Positions 24,300-34,800 of a stretch of DNA of 44,986 bases are shown here, one piece after another. The notes beneath the pieces are model-generated. The model saw nothing but the letters and a program-made list of their open reading frames with translations. It made no database searches and had not been told where the DNA came from. The DNA lies in NCBI GenBank assembly GCA_043765495.1, contig JAYUJA010000008.1, forward strand, positions 1-44,986. The letters are read 5' to 3'. Position 1 is the first letter of the stretch, and each line of letters opens with the position of its first letter. The position numbers and the translations under genes are program-made. Source of the DNA: Bacteroidia bacterium (GTDB lineage: Bacteria > Bacteroidota > Bacteroidia > JAYUJA01).

Positions 24300-24573
24300 A
24301 ACTTTCATCATTTTTTTATAGGCAATTAAGTTTGAGATTTATAGAAGTGTATGCGGAACTCTTTGTAAATGTTAAACATATCTGTCTATAATAAAGCCCC
24401 AGCGGGGCAAAATGTTTGTAGAAAAATTTGCAATACCAATTAAATTAGCTCCATAGAAGCGACCTTATGATATATGCCAAACAATACCTTTAAGATTTAT
24501 GTTTCTTTTGTAAAACTAAAAATCTATTACAAGTGTATGCGAAATTCTTTATAAAACTTTCATCATTTTTTTA
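24294..24573. repeat. Identical 25-bp direct repeats TTATAAAACTTTCATCATTTTTTTA (24294-24318 and 24549-24573) bracketing a 230-bp non-coding insert
   Basis: Read directly from the sequence. The first copy includes the terC stop codon. The insert carries the GC hairpin GCCCC-AGC-GGGGC (24396-24408) followed by AAAATGTTTGTAGAAA. Confidence 0.75.
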
Positions 24574-24588
24574 ATAAATTAGAAAAGT

Positions 24589-25476
24589 ATGACAACAGTA
24601 GTAATAGATACTAATTCAGGCTTCTGCTTCGGAGTAGTATACGCCATAGAAATGGCCGAAGACGAACTAGATAGAACAGGTAGCCTATACTGCCTAGGCG
24701 ATATCGTACACAACGATATGGAAGTAGAACGACTCAAAGCCAAAGGATTAATAATCATAGACCATGAACAATTTAGCCAATTATACGATTGTAAAGTACT
24801 AATAAGAGCCCACGGAGAACCACCAGAAACCTATAAAACAGCACTCCAAAATAACATAGATTTAATAGATGCTTCTTGCCCAGTAGTACTAAAACTGCAA
24901 CATAGAGTAAAAAATGGCTACGAAAAATCCAACCAAATCCAAGGGCAAATAGTAATATATGGAAAAGAAGGACACGCCGAAGTAAACGGACTAGTAGGAC
25001 AAACCCTCGACCAAGCTGTCATAGTAAATAGCATAGACGACTTACAAAAAGTAGATTTCCATAAACCAATACATTTTTTCTCACAAACTACACAAAGTAC
25101 ACAAGGTTTCCTCGAAATGAAAGAAGCCATCGAAGAACGTATGTACCAAGCAGGCAGCGACGTAGATACTATGTTTCATTGGAACGATACACTTTGTAGA
25201 CAAGTTTCTAACCGAGAACCACAACTAAAATTATTTGCCGAAAAACATACCGTAATTCTTTTTGTAAGTGGTAAAAAAAGTTCCAACGGAAAAGTATTGT
25301 ACGAAGTATGTAAAAAACAAAACCCCGCTACCTATTTTATTTCAGATACTACCGAAATAAACCCAGATTGGCTACTAAATTGCGAATCGGTAGGTATTTG
25401 TGGTGCTACCTCTACCCCAATGTGGCTGATGCAAGAAGTAGCACAAAAAACAGAAACTATCTGCGCTAATTTCTAA
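24589..25476 (+). CDS. ispH: 4-hydroxy-3-methylbut-2-enyl diphosphate reductase
   Basis: GFCFGV, IVHN, IRAHGE, DASCP and the overall LytB pattern are present. The length of 295 aa fits. Confidence 0.9.
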   Translation: MTTVVIDTNSGFCFGVVYAIEMAEDELDRTGSLYCLGDIVHNDMEVERLKAKGLIIIDHEQFSQLYDCKVLIRAHGEPPETYKTALQNNIDLIDASCPVVLKLQHRVKNGYEKSNQIQGQIVIYGKEGHAEVNGLVGQTLDQAVIVNSIDDLQKVDFHKPIHFFSQTTQSTQGFLEMKEAIEERMYQAGSDVDTMFHWNDTLCRQVSNREPQLKLFAEKHTVILFVSGKKSSNGKVLYEVCKKQNPATYFISDTTEINPDWLLNCESVGICGATSTPMWLMQEVAQKTETICANF

Positions 25477-25516
25477 TTTAAAGTTACTATAACCCAATTT
25501 TACCGTACCTTTATCT

Positions 25517-25663
25517 ATGTCCCATTTTCTACAAATCCTACTAGTCAGTAGTATCGTTTTTTTAGCCTTCTTGTTTTGGGTATCTAAAATAAAAAGCCAT
25601 TACAAAAACAAACAACACAAACAAACTTGCACGAAATGCACTAAAACTAAACCAATACAATGA
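25517..25663 (+). CDS. Unlisted 48-aa membrane peptide with a basic, CxxC-containing tail (resembles the FeoB-associated Cys-rich small membrane protein type)
   Basis: My own translation is MSHFLQILLVSSIVFLAFLFWVSKIKSHYKNKQHKQTCTKCTKTKPIQ*. Its TGA overlaps the ATG of the next gene (ATGA at 25660-25663). Confidence 0.45.
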   Translation: MSHFLQILLVSSIVFLAFLFWVSKIKSHYKNKQHKQTCTKCTKTKPIQ

Positions 25664-26490
25664 TTATTATTGCAGATAGTGGATCTACAAAAACAGATTG
25701 GATAAGCACAACTAACGACCTAATAAGCAAAACAATAGGACTAAACCCTTATTACTTGTCCGCTCCCATTATCATGGACATAGTGAATACACTCCCTCAT
25801 GAATGGAAAAATGCACAACAAGTCTACTTCTATGGAGCAGGTTGCTCTACCACATCGTCTATCCACAATATGCAAACAATATTAGCCAGTTTTTTTCCAC
25901 TAGCTACCATAAAAGTATACAGTGATATGCTCGGAGCTGCCAGAGCCATACACGGAAATAGCCGAGGCATAGCAGGCATACTAGGTACTGGATCGAACGC
26001 TTGCTACTACGACGGTAATGAAAAATTAGAAACCAAAATACACTCACTAGGCTACATCATCGGAGACGAAGGAGGAGGCATACACATCGGCAAAACATTC
26101 CTCAAAAAACTGTATTATAACCAATTACCAGATTCTGCAAGCCAATTATTTGCACAAGAATACCCTGATATGCAACTCGAAAACGTACTCGCTCAACTAT
26201 ACCAATCCGATAATGCCGCTAGATTTATAGCAAGCTTTGCCACCTTCGTCGGAAAAAATATACACCAGGATTGGGCGATAAACATAGTACAAACCTGCAT
26301 TGAAGAACACATCACCCAGTGGATACTACCCTACCAATACCAAACCAATAAAGTCGGATTCATAGGCAGTATTGCGTGGCATTTTAGAGAAATAGTAGAA
26401 AAAATAACGCTTTCCTATAATTTAGATACCATAAAAATATGCCAAGAACCTATTTTTGAACTTAAAAAATACCACCAAGTTGAAAAATAA
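25660..26490 (+). CDS. BadF/BadG/BcrA/BcrD-type ATPase, N-acetylglucosamine-kinase-like
   Basis: The N-terminal phosphate-1 motif is IIIADSGSTKTDW, followed by GILGTGSN and GDEGGG. Confidence 0.7.
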   Translation: MIIIADSGSTKTDWISTTNDLISKTIGLNPYYLSAPIIMDIVNTLPHEWKNAQQVYFYGAGCSTTSSIHNMQTILASFFPLATIKVYSDMLGAARAIHGNSRGIAGILGTGSNACYYDGNEKLETKIHSLGYIIGDEGGGIHIGKTFLKKLYYNQLPDSASQLFAQEYPDMQLENVLAQLYQSDNAARFIASFATFVGKNIHQDWAINIVQTCIEEHITQWILPYQYQTNKVGFIGSIAWHFREIVEKITLSYNLDTIKICQEPIFELKKYHQVEK

Positions 26491-26542
26491 AATATTTATA
26501 ATAAATAACTTAAATAAAATATCGCTTAAAAATAAAAATAAA

Positions 26543-26573
26543 TTTGTAAGATAAAAAAATGTCCCTACATTTG
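26543..26573 (+). promoter_or_regulatory. Candidate promoter of the tRNA-tuf cluster: TTTG (26543-26546), 19-nt spacer, TACATTTG (26566-26573)
   Basis: Both Bacteroidota consensus elements are present, 18 nt upstream of the first tRNA. Confidence 0.5.
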
Positions 26574-26591
26574 CAATCCAAAATAAAATAA

Positions 26592-26664
26592 GCCGAAGTA
26601 GCTCAGTTGGTAGAGCAATTGATTTGTAATCAATAGGTCGGGGGTTCGAGTCCCTTCTTCGGCT
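26592..26664 (+). tRNA. tRNA-Thr (anticodon TGT)
   Basis: A cloverleaf was folded by hand. The acceptor stem is GCCGAAG/CTTCGGC, the anticodon loop is TTTGTAA and the T-loop is TTCGAGT. Confidence 0.9.
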
Positions 26665-26693
26665 CTTATTTATTTTTAATTATAAAGAATAAT

Positions 26694-26775
26694 GGGGAGA
26701 TAGTCAAGCGGTCAACGACAACAGACTGTAAATCTGTCCTCTACGAGTTCGGAGGTTCGAATCCTCCTCTCCCCA
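26694..26775 (+). tRNA. tRNA-Tyr (anticodon GTA), long variable arm
   Basis: The acceptor stem is GGGGAGA/TCTCCCC, the anticodon loop is CTGTAAA and the T-loop is TTCGAAT. Confidence 0.9.
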
Positions 26776-26864
26776 CATTCATAACCTTCAATAAGTACAA
26801 GGCTTGTAGGAATGCTTCCCTCTTTCAACGCAACCTGTATTTTAATATTACCAAAGCATTATAA

Positions 26865-26937
26865 GCGAAAGTAGCTCATTTGGTAGAGCATTAGCCTTCC
26901 AAGCTAAGGGTGGCCGGTTCGAGCCCGGTCTTTCGCT
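26865..26937 (+). tRNA. tRNA-Gly (anticodon TCC)
   Basis: The acceptor stem is GCGAAAG/CTTTCGC, the anticodon loop is CTTCCAA and the T-loop is TTCGAGC. Confidence 0.9.
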
Positions 26938-26981
26938 CTTTATCTTCTTAGTAAAATAAAATAAATCTTATCATAGTTTAT

Positions 26982-27275
26982 ATGTCAATGGAAGTTTTGG
27001 AGATAGGTGTATTTTCTTTTATATATAACATTTTTAGTACTACGGTTGTAATTTTATTTTATCTTATCGTGGCTATAGGCATGGGTTTGCATACACAAAA
27101 ATTCACAAACATAGGTTTTTTAGGAGGGTTTTTATTGTACCTTCTATGTACCCCTATGATAGCAGCCGCTATTATTTTTTATATGATGTATAGAAAAGAT
27201 AAACAAGAACAAGAACAAAGAATTAAAGAACAAGAGCAAAAAAGAGAGGAAAAAGAACAAAAAAGATATCAATAA
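26982..27275 (+). CDS. Hypothetical small membrane protein with a KEQ-rich low-complexity tail, located inside the tRNA cluster
   Basis: A 97-codon ORF with two or three hydrophobic helices. The C-terminus is KDKQEQEQRIKEQEQKREEKEQKRYQ. No family recognised. Confidence 0.45.
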   Translation: MSMEVLEIGVFSFIYNIFSTTVVILFYLIVAIGMGLHTQKFTNIGFLGGFLLYLLCTPMIAAAIIFYMMYRKDKQEQEQRIKEQEQKREEKEQKRYQ

Positions 27276-27281
27276 ATAAAA

Positions 27282-27353
<72 letters not shown>

Positions 27354-27386
27354 CAAAAATAAATTTTTATATTGTAAAATAATTAG

Positions 27387-27394
27387 TAATTTTG
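27387..27394 (+). promoter_or_regulatory. Candidate internal -7 promoter box TAATTTTG upstream of tuf
   Basis: Exact TAnnTTTG match 37 nt upstream of the tuf ATG. Confidence 0.35.
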
Positions 27395-27430
27395 CAGCAC
27401 AAACTAATATACTAAAACTAAAACACTAAA

Positions 27431-28618
27431 ATGGCAAAAGAAAAATTCGACCGCTCCAAACCTCACGTGAACATTGGTACAATCGGTCACGTGGATCATG
27501 GTAAAACTACATTGACAGCAGCTATCACATCAGTATTAGCACACGCTGGATTGTCTGAAGCTCGCTCTTTTGCATCTATTGATGCCGCTCCAGAAGAAAA
27601 AGAAAGAGGTATTACCATCAACACAGCACACGTAGAATATCAGACAGCTAATCGTCATTATGCTCATGTGGACTGTCCAGGTCACGCCGATTACGTAAAA
27701 AACATGGTAACTGGTGCCGCTCAAATGGATGGAGCTATTTTAGTAGTAGCTGCTACCGATGGTCCAATGCCACAAACTCGTGAGCATATCTTGCTAGCTC
27801 GTCAAGTAGGGGTGCCAAAAATCGTTGTATTCATGAATAAAGTGGATATGGTAGATGATCCCGAATTGATTGAATTAGTAGAAATGGATATCCGTGATTT
27901 ATTGAATTTCTATAAATACGATGGAGATAATACACCGGTAATCAAAGGTTCTGCATTAGGAGGTTTAAATAATGACGCAAATTGGGTTCCAAATATCATG
28001 GAATTAATGGACGCAGTAGATAATTTTATCCCACTTCCTCCACGTGAAACAGAAAAACCATTCCTTATGCCAGTAGAAGATGTATTCTCTATTACAGGTC
28101 GTGGAACAGTTGCTACAGGTCGTATCGAAACAGGTATCATCAATTCTGGAGAACAAGTAGAAATCATCGGATACAACTCTGAAAAATTAGTATCTACCGT
28201 TACAGGAGTAGAAATGTTCCGTAAAATATTAGATAGAGGAGAAGCAGGAGATAACGTTGGTTTATTATTAAGAGGAGTAGATAAAGATGCTATCCGTAGA
28301 GGTATGGTTATCTGCAAACCAGGTTCTATTAAGCCACACACTAGATTCCAAGCAGAAGTATACATCCTTAAAAAAGAAGAAGGAGGACGTCATACACCAT
28401 TCAAAAACAACTACCGTCCACAGTTCTATTTAAGAACCACAGACGTTACAGGTGAAATTTCTTTACCAGAAGGACGTGAAATGGTTTTACCAGGCGATAA
28501 CTTAACTATCACTGTAGAATTAGTATCCCCAGTAGCTGTAAATAAAGGTCTTCGTTTCGCTATCCGTGAAGGAGGTAGAACAGTAGGAGCAGGACAAATT
28601 ACTGAAATTTTAGAATAA
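27431..28618 (+). CDS. tuf: Elongation factor Tu
   Basis: [36 protein letters not shown] and NKVD. Full length of 395 aa. Confidence 0.97.
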   Translation: MAKEKFDRSKPHVNIGTIGHVDHGKTTLTAAITSVLAHAGLSEARSFASIDAAPEEKERGITINTAHVEYQTANRHYAHVDCPGHADYVKNMVTGAAQMDGAILVVAATDGPMPQTREHILLARQVGVPKIVVFMNKVDMVDDPELIELVEMDIRDLLNFYKYDGDNTPVIKGSALGGLNNDANWVPNIMELMDAVDNFIPLPPRETEKPFLMPVEDVFSITGRGTVATGRIETGIINSGEQVEIIGYNSEKLVSTVTGVEMFRKILDRGEAGDNVGLLLRGVDKDAIRRGMVICKPGSIKPHTRFQAEVYILKKEEGGRHTPFKNNYRPQFYLRTTDVTGEISLPEGREMVLPGDNLTITVELVSPVAVNKGLRFAIREGGRTVGAGQITEILE

Positions 28619-28636
28619 TATTATAAAACTAAAAAA

Positions 28637-28664
28637 ACACAAGACTCTATATCTTGTGTTTTTT
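28637..28664 (+). terminator. Rho-independent terminator after tuf
   Basis: Stem ACACAAGA (28637-28644) / TCTTGTGT (28652-28659), followed by a T-run. Confidence 0.65.
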
Positions 28665-28670
28665 AATCAA

Positions 28671-28744
28671 ACGAGTGTAGTTCAAGGGTAGAATCCTGGT
28701 CTCCAAAACCATTGATGGGAGTTCGAATCTCTCCACTCGTGCCA
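28671..28744 (+). tRNA. tRNA-Trp (anticodon CCA), 3' CCA encoded
   Basis: The acceptor stem is ACGAGTG/CACTCGT, the anticodon loop is CTCCAAA and the T-loop is TTCGAAT. Confidence 0.9.
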
Positions 28745-28793
28745 CCTAAAAATAACCCAACCGTTGTTTTTATCATTTACCTAATCACCTACT

Positions 28794-28982
28794 ATGAATA
28801 AAGCTATTAACTATATTCGTGAGTCCTTTATTGAACTTACTGAAAGAGTAACTTGGCCACCTTGGTCAGAATTAATAGAAAGTGCCTCTATCGTACTAGC
28901 TGCATCTGCTATATTTGCATTCGTAGTATCCATAGTAGACTTTTTACTAGAAAAATTATTATCTATCCTTTATACGATATAA
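28794..28982 (+). CDS. secE: Preprotein translocase subunit SecE
   Basis: A 62-aa single-TM protein (ELTERVTWPPWSEL...) in the conserved position between tRNA-Trp and nusG. Confidence 0.85.
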   Translation: MNKAINYIRESFIELTERVTWPPWSELIESASIVLAASAIFAFVVSIVDFLLEKLLSILYTI

Positions 28983-29031
28983 AAGCTATCTAGCTTCTAA
29001 ATAATCAAATTATTATCCGCTTTCATTATAT

Positions 29032-29586
29032 ATGTCCATAGACCAAGAAAAAAAATGGTACGTACTTCGTGCTATCAGTGGTAAAGAAAAAAAAATAAAA
29101 CAATATATAGAAGCTGAAATTACCCGTAGTGGACTGCAAGATTATGTAGGGCAAATAGTTATACCAGTAGAAAAAGTTTTTACTATACGTAATGGTAAAA
29201 AAATTAGTCAAGAAAAAAATTATTACCCAGGATACATATTCGTAGAAGCTACCTTAATAGGAGAAGTACCCCATCTTATTAAAAACATACCAGGAATTAT
29301 CGGATTTCCAGGAGTAAATGGAGAGCCAGTGTACCTTACCGAAGAAGAAATGAATAAAATAATAGGTAAAGCACAAGAATTAGCTACCGCTACCGAAACC
29401 ATGTCCACCCCTTACGCAGTAGGAGAAACAGTAAAAATTATAGAAGGCGGATTTGGTGGCTTTGAAGGCACTATCGAAGAAGTATTAGAAGAGAAAAAGA
29501 AACTAAAAGTAACCGTACGTATTTTTGGTAGAAAAACCCCAATAGAAGTAGCATTTACACAAGTAGAAAGAGAAATAAATACCTAA
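29032..29586 (+). CDS. nusG: Transcription termination/antitermination factor NusG
   Basis: KKWYVLRAISGKEKK (NGN domain) and a C-terminal KOW motif (GETVKIIEGGFGGFEGTIEEV). Confidence 0.9.
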   Translation: MSIDQEKKWYVLRAISGKEKKIKQYIEAEITRSGLQDYVGQIVIPVEKVFTIRNGKKISQEKNYYPGYIFVEATLIGEVPHLIKNIPGIIGFPGVNGEPVYLTEEEMNKIIGKAQELATATETMSTPYAVGETVKIIEGGFGGFEGTIEEVLEEKKKLKVTVRIFGRKTPIEVAFTQVEREINT

Positions 29587-29595
29587 TTATAAAAC

Positions 29596-30021
29596 ATGGC
29601 AAAGGAAATAGCAACGTTCATACGCTTGCAAGTAAAAGGCGGTCAAGCCAATCCAGCACCTCCAATCGGACCAGCTTTGGGTTCTAAAGGGGTGAATATA
29701 ATGGAATTCTGCAAGCAGTTTAATGGTAGAACACAGGATAAAATAGGTAAAATACTTCCAGTATTGATTACCGTGTACATTGATAAGTCATTTGACTTCA
29801 TCATTAAACAGTCTCCAATAGCAGTAATGCTAAAAGAAGCTACAAAATTAAAATCAGGCTCACCAGAACCTAACCGTAAAAAAGTAGGATCTGTAACTTC
29901 CGCAGAAGTAGAAGTTATAGCAAAAGACAAAATGTCTGATTTGAATTGCTTTACTATCGAATCTGCTATCAGCATGGTAAGTGGTACAGCAAGAAGTATG
30001 GGTATCACTATCAAAGATTAA
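29596..30021 (+). CDS. rplK: 50S ribosomal protein L11
   Basis: [35 protein letters not shown]. Confidence 0.95.
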   Translation: MAKEIATFIRLQVKGGQANPAPPIGPALGSKGVNIMEFCKQFNGRTQDKIGKILPVLITVYIDKSFDFIIKQSPIAVMLKEATKLKSGSPEPNRKKVGSVTSAEVEVIAKDKMSDLNCFTIESAISMVSGTARSMGITIKD

Positions 30022-30044
30022 GTTTTTAGTATAAAACCGTTCCA

Positions 30045-30737
30045 ATGGCACACAAAATTTCAAAAAAAAAGCAAACAGTACTTCCAAAGCTTGAAAAAAA
30101 TAAAGCTTACACACTGGAAGAAGCATCTAGCCTGGTAAAAGAAATTACCTACACAAAGTTCGATGCGTCCGTTGACATAGCAGTGCGTCTAGGAGTAGAC
30201 CCACGTAAAGCTAACCAAATGGTGAGAGGGATAGTAACCCTGCCACACGGAACAGGAAAAACAATAAGCGTATTAGTTATTTGTACTCCCGACAAAGAAC
30301 AAGAAGCAAAAGATGCTGGCGCAGATTACGTAGGACTAGATGAATACATCGACAAAATTAAAGGAGGTTGGACAGACGTAGATGTAATCATTACAATGCC
30401 TAGCGTAATGGCAAAAGTAGGGCAATTAGGTAGAATATTAGGGCCTAGAGGTTTAATGCCAAATCCTAAAACAGGAACAGTAACCATGGATGTAGGTAGA
30501 GCTGTGACAGAAGTTAAAGGAGGTAAAATAGACTTTAAAGTAGATAAAACTGGTATAATCCACGCTGGTATTGGTAGAGCCTCTTTTGATGCTCAAAAAC
30601 TTCACGAAAATGCAAAAGAAATTTTGCAAACTATCATGAAATTAAAACCCGCAGCAGCCAAAGGAACGTATGTAAAAAGTATCTACCTTTCTTCTACTAT
30701 GAGTCCTAGTATATCAATAGACCCAAAATCATTCTAA
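30045..30737 (+). CDS. rplA: 50S ribosomal protein L1
   Basis: [24 protein letters not shown]...[15 protein letters not shown]. It contains an A9 run (30062-70) that is read through in frame. Confidence 0.95.
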   Translation: MAHKISKKKQTVLPKLEKNKAYTLEEASSLVKEITYTKFDASVDIAVRLGVDPRKANQMVRGIVTLPHGTGKTISVLVICTPDKEQEAKDAGADYVGLDEYIDKIKGGWTDVDVIITMPSVMAKVGQLGRILGPRGLMPNPKTGTVTMDVGRAVTEVKGGKIDFKVDKTGIIHAGIGRASFDAQKLHENAKEILQTIMKLKPAAAKGTYVKSIYLSSTMSPSISIDPKSF

Positions 30738-30760
30738 ATTTTCTCACTATTTATTGAATT

Positions 30761-31279
30761 ATGACGCGTCAAGAAAAACAACAGGAAGTAGAATCAATCG
30801 TGGCAATGATACAGGAACAACCTAATTTCTATATAGCAGATATATCTGGTTTAACTGTTGCCAAAAATAATGAATTACGAAGAATATGCTTTAATAAAAA
30901 TATAAAAGTGCGTGTTGTAAAAAATGCACTTCTTGAAAAAGCTTTCTCTAAAATAGATGGTGATTTCGAAACATTAAAATCTGCATTAAAAGGTAATTCT
31001 TGCTTGTTCTTAAGTGATAGTATAAATGAACCAGCTAAAGTGGTGAAAGCTTTCACAGAAAAAAATAAGTTTCCTATATTGAAAGGAGCTTACGTAGAAA
31101 GTTCAGTATACGTAGGAGGTCCAGAATTATTGGACACACTTACCAAGCTAAAATCAAGAGAAGAGCTTATTGGAGAAATTATTGGATTGTTACAATCTCC
31201 TGCTAAAAATGTTATATCTGCTCTAAAATCAGGTGGTAATACCATCGCAGGATTAGTAAAAACATTGTCTGAAAGATAA
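30761..31279 (+). CDS. rplJ: 50S ribosomal protein L10
   Basis: Position between rplA and rplL, a length of 172 aa and an L10-like sequence (LRRICFNKNIKVRVVKNAL). Confidence 0.9.
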   Translation: MTRQEKQQEVESIVAMIQEQPNFYIADISGLTVAKNNELRRICFNKNIKVRVVKNALLEKAFSKIDGDFETLKSALKGNSCLFLSDSINEPAKVVKAFTEKNKFPILKGAYVESSVYVGGPELLDTLTKLKSREELIGEIIGLLQSPAKNVISALKSGGNTIAGLVKTLSER

Positions 31280-31355
31280 TTTCATCAAACCTAGGTTACG
31301 CATCTCTACATAATATACAAAACAATTTTTAATTTCTAAAAAATACCCCACTAAA

Positions 31356-31727
31356 ATGGCAGACTTAAAAGCATTTGCAGAACAGTTAGTAAATCTTACT
31401 GTAAAAGAAGTAAATGAGTTGGCTCAAATATTAAAAGACGAATATGGTATAGAGCCAGCAGCAGCAGCAGTTGCTGTAGCAGCAGGTCCAGCAGCTGGTC
31501 CAGCAGTAGAAGAAAAAACATCTTTCGATGTAATATTGAAATCAGGCGGACCTCAAAAATTAGCTGTAGTTAAAGTTGTAAAAGACTTGACAGGTTTAGG
31601 TTTGAAAGAAGCTAAAGACTTGGTTGATACCGCTCCAAAACCAGTAAAAGAAGGAGTTAGTAAAGATGAAGCAGATGCATTAGTAAAACAACTTACAGAC
31701 GCTGGTGCAGAAGTTGAAATTAAATAA
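31356..31727 (+). CDS. rplL: 50S ribosomal protein L7/L12
   Basis: An Ala/Pro hinge is followed by [24 protein letters not shown]...AGAEVEIK. Confidence 0.95.
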   Translation: MADLKAFAEQLVNLTVKEVNELAQILKDEYGIEPAAAAVAVAAGPAAGPAVEEKTSFDVILKSGGPQKLAVVKVVKDLTGLGLKEAKDLVDTAPKPVKEGVSKDEADALVKQLTDAGAEVEIK

Positions 31728-31750
31728 TTTTACCAGAATCTTTATGGAAA

Positions 31751-31786
31751 GACCTCAATAAATTTATTGGGGTCTGTTCTGTTTTT
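31751..31786 (+). terminator. Hairpin plus T-rich tract between rplL and rpoB (attenuator/partial terminator)
   Basis: Stem GACCTCAAT (31751-31759) / ATTGGGGTC (31766-31774) with one G-U pair, followed by TGTTCTGTTTTT. Confidence 0.6.
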
Positions 31787-31825
31787 ATAAAAGTCCTTAC
31801 TTTTTATTCATTTAAAACCTTGTAT

Positions 31826-34800
31826 ATGCAAACGAATCCTCGCATTAGCTTTGCAAAAAGTAAAAACTTATTGGAATATCCAGATTTCCTAGATATTCAA
31901 ATACAATCCTTTAAGGATTTTTTTCAAATGGAAACCTCTTCCGAAAATAGAAATAGTGAAGGGTTGTTTAAGGTTTTTGCAGAAAATTTTCCGATCACAG
32001 ATGCCCGTAATAATTTTGTACTTGAATTTTTAGACTATTTTATCGATAGCCCTAGATATGTATTACAAGAGTGTATTGATAGAGGCTTGACTTATGGAGT
32101 GCCATTGAAAGCTAAACTTCGATTGTACTGTACCGACCCCGAACATGAAGACTTTGAAGAAATTATTCAAGATGTTTATCTAGGTAGCGTGCCATATATG
32201 ACCCCTACTGGCTCTTTTATTATCAATGGAGCAGAAAGAGTAGTAGTATCACAATTACATCGTTCACCAGGAGTATTCTTTGGACAAAGTAGACATGCAA
32301 ACGGTACTAAATTGTACTCCGCTCGTATCATACCTTTCAAAGGTTCTTGGATAGAATTCGCTACGGATATCAATAATGTAATGTATGCTTATATCGATAG
32401 AAAAAAGAAATTACCTGTAACTACTTTATTGAGAGCTATCGGATACGAAAGCGATAAAGAAATTCTTGAAATATTCGGATTAGCAGAAGAAATTAAAGTA
32501 AGCCGTACAGCACTAAAAAAATTAATAGGTAGAAAATTAGCTGCAAGAGTATTACGAAGTTGGTCAGAAGATTTCGTAGATGAAGATACTGGCGAAGTAG
32601 TTTCTATCGAAAGAAATGATATTATTCTTGAAAGAGAAATCATATTAGAAAATGAACACGTAGATTTAATAGTAGATGCAGGCGTAAAGACTGTTATCTT
32701 ACACAAAGAAGAAAATAATGCAGCAGATTATAGCATCATTTACAATACACTTCAAAAAGATCCATCAAACTCTTCTAAAGAAGCGATAGAGCATATATAC
32801 AGACAGTTACGTAACGTAGATCCACCAGATGAAGAAACAGCAAAACAAGTAATTGATAAGTTGTTTTTTTCGGATAAAAGATACGATCTAGGAGAAGTAG
32901 GACGTTACCGTATCAACAAAAAATTAGGACTTAATACCTCCATGGAGACTAAAGTTCTTACAAGAGAAGATATTACAAGTATTATCAAACATTTGATGGA
33001 ATTAATTCATTCTAAAACAGATGTAGATGATATTGATCACTTAAGCAATCGTCGTATTCGTACAGTAGGAGAACAATTATACGGACAATTCGGAGTAGGA
33101 TTAGCTCGTATGGCTCGTACTATCCGTGAACGTATGAATGTAAGAGATAACGAAGTATTTACGCCAACAGATTTGATTAATGCAAAAACACTTTCTGCAG
33201 TAATATCTAGTTTCTTTGGAACGAATCAGTTGTCTCAATTTATGGATCAAACCAATCCACTAGCAGAAGTAACGCACAAAAGACGTATTTCCGCACTAGG
33301 GCCTGGTGGTCTATCCCGTGAAAGAGCAGGATTTGAAGTGCGAGATGTCCATTATACACATTACGGACGACTATGTACCATCGAAACACCAGAAGGACCA
33401 AATATCGGTTTGATCTCCTCTCTTTGCGTATATGCAAAAGTAAATAGCATGGGATTCATCGAAACTCCTTACCGTAAAGTAGAAGAAGGAAAGGTAGTGA
33501 TGGGTGTTAAACCTATTTATTTAAGTGCAGAAGAAGAAGAAACAAAAGTAGTATGCCAAGCAAATGCTCCAATAAATGAAATAGGAGACTTTACTAGTAA
33601 TCGTATTAAAGCTAGATGTGACGGAGATTTCTTAGTAGTAGAACCTGAAAATCTACAATTAATGGACGTAGGGACGAATCAAATCGCTTCTATTGCAGCT
33701 TCTTTGATTCCATTCTTGGATCATAATGATGCAAATAGAGCATTAATGGGTTCTAACATGATGCGACAAGCTGTACCTTTACTTCGACCAGAAGCTCCAA
33801 TAGTAGGAACAGGTATCGAAGCTAGAGTAGCACACGATTCCAGAGTAATGGTAATGGCAGAAGACGAAGGAGTAGTAGAATACGTAGACGCAAACGAAAT
33901 TCATATCCGATACGATAGAACAGAAGAAGATGAATTAGTAGCTTTTGAAGATTCACTAAAAATATACCAACTTCAGAAATTCCAAAAAACAAATCAATGT
34001 ACCTCTATCACACTTACCCCAATGGTAAGAAAAAAAGATAGAGTAATAAAAGGACAAATACTTACACAAGGATACTCCACAGAAGATGGCGAGCTAGCTA
34101 TTGGTAGAAATTTAAGAGTAGCATTCATGCCTTGGAAAGGGTATAACTACGAAGATGCAATCGTAATCTCCGAAAGAGTATTAAGAGAAGATATATTCAC
34201 CTCTGTACACGTAGAAGAATTTACGCTAGAAGTAAGAGATACCAAAAGAGGAATGGAAGAACTTACTTCCGATATTCCTAATGTGAGCGAAGAAGCAACG
34301 AAAGATTTAGATGAAAATGGATTGATAAGAATAGGGGCCGAAATAAAACCAGGCGATATATTGATTGGTAAAATTACACCTAAAGGAGAAAGCGACCCAA
34401 CACCAGAAGAAAAATTATTACGTGCTATATTCGGTGACAAAGCTGGAGATGTAAAAGATGCGTCTCTAAAAGTACCACCATCTATGACAGGAGTAGTAAT
34501 AAATAAGTTCTTGTTCAAAAAAGCATTAAAAGATAGAAAAGAAAAACAAGAAGAAAAAGCCGTAACACTATTGATAGACGAAGCACAAGGAAAAGAAATT
34601 AATATATTGAAAAATAAATTAATAGATAAACTTTTCTTCGTTGTAAATGGAAAAACGTCTCAAGGAGTGTACAATAACTACAAAGAAGAAGTGATTTCTA
34701 AAAGTAGTAAATTTACTATCAAATTGTTACAAACAGTAGATTTTGAAACAGTAAATACCAATAAATGGACGACAGACAAAGATAAAAATGATATAATTAG

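Noticed and set aside
31455-31510. Ala/Pro-rich low-complexity stretch ([17 protein letters not shown]) that looks like a repeat
   Set aside because: This is the normal flexible hinge of ribosomal protein L7/L12.
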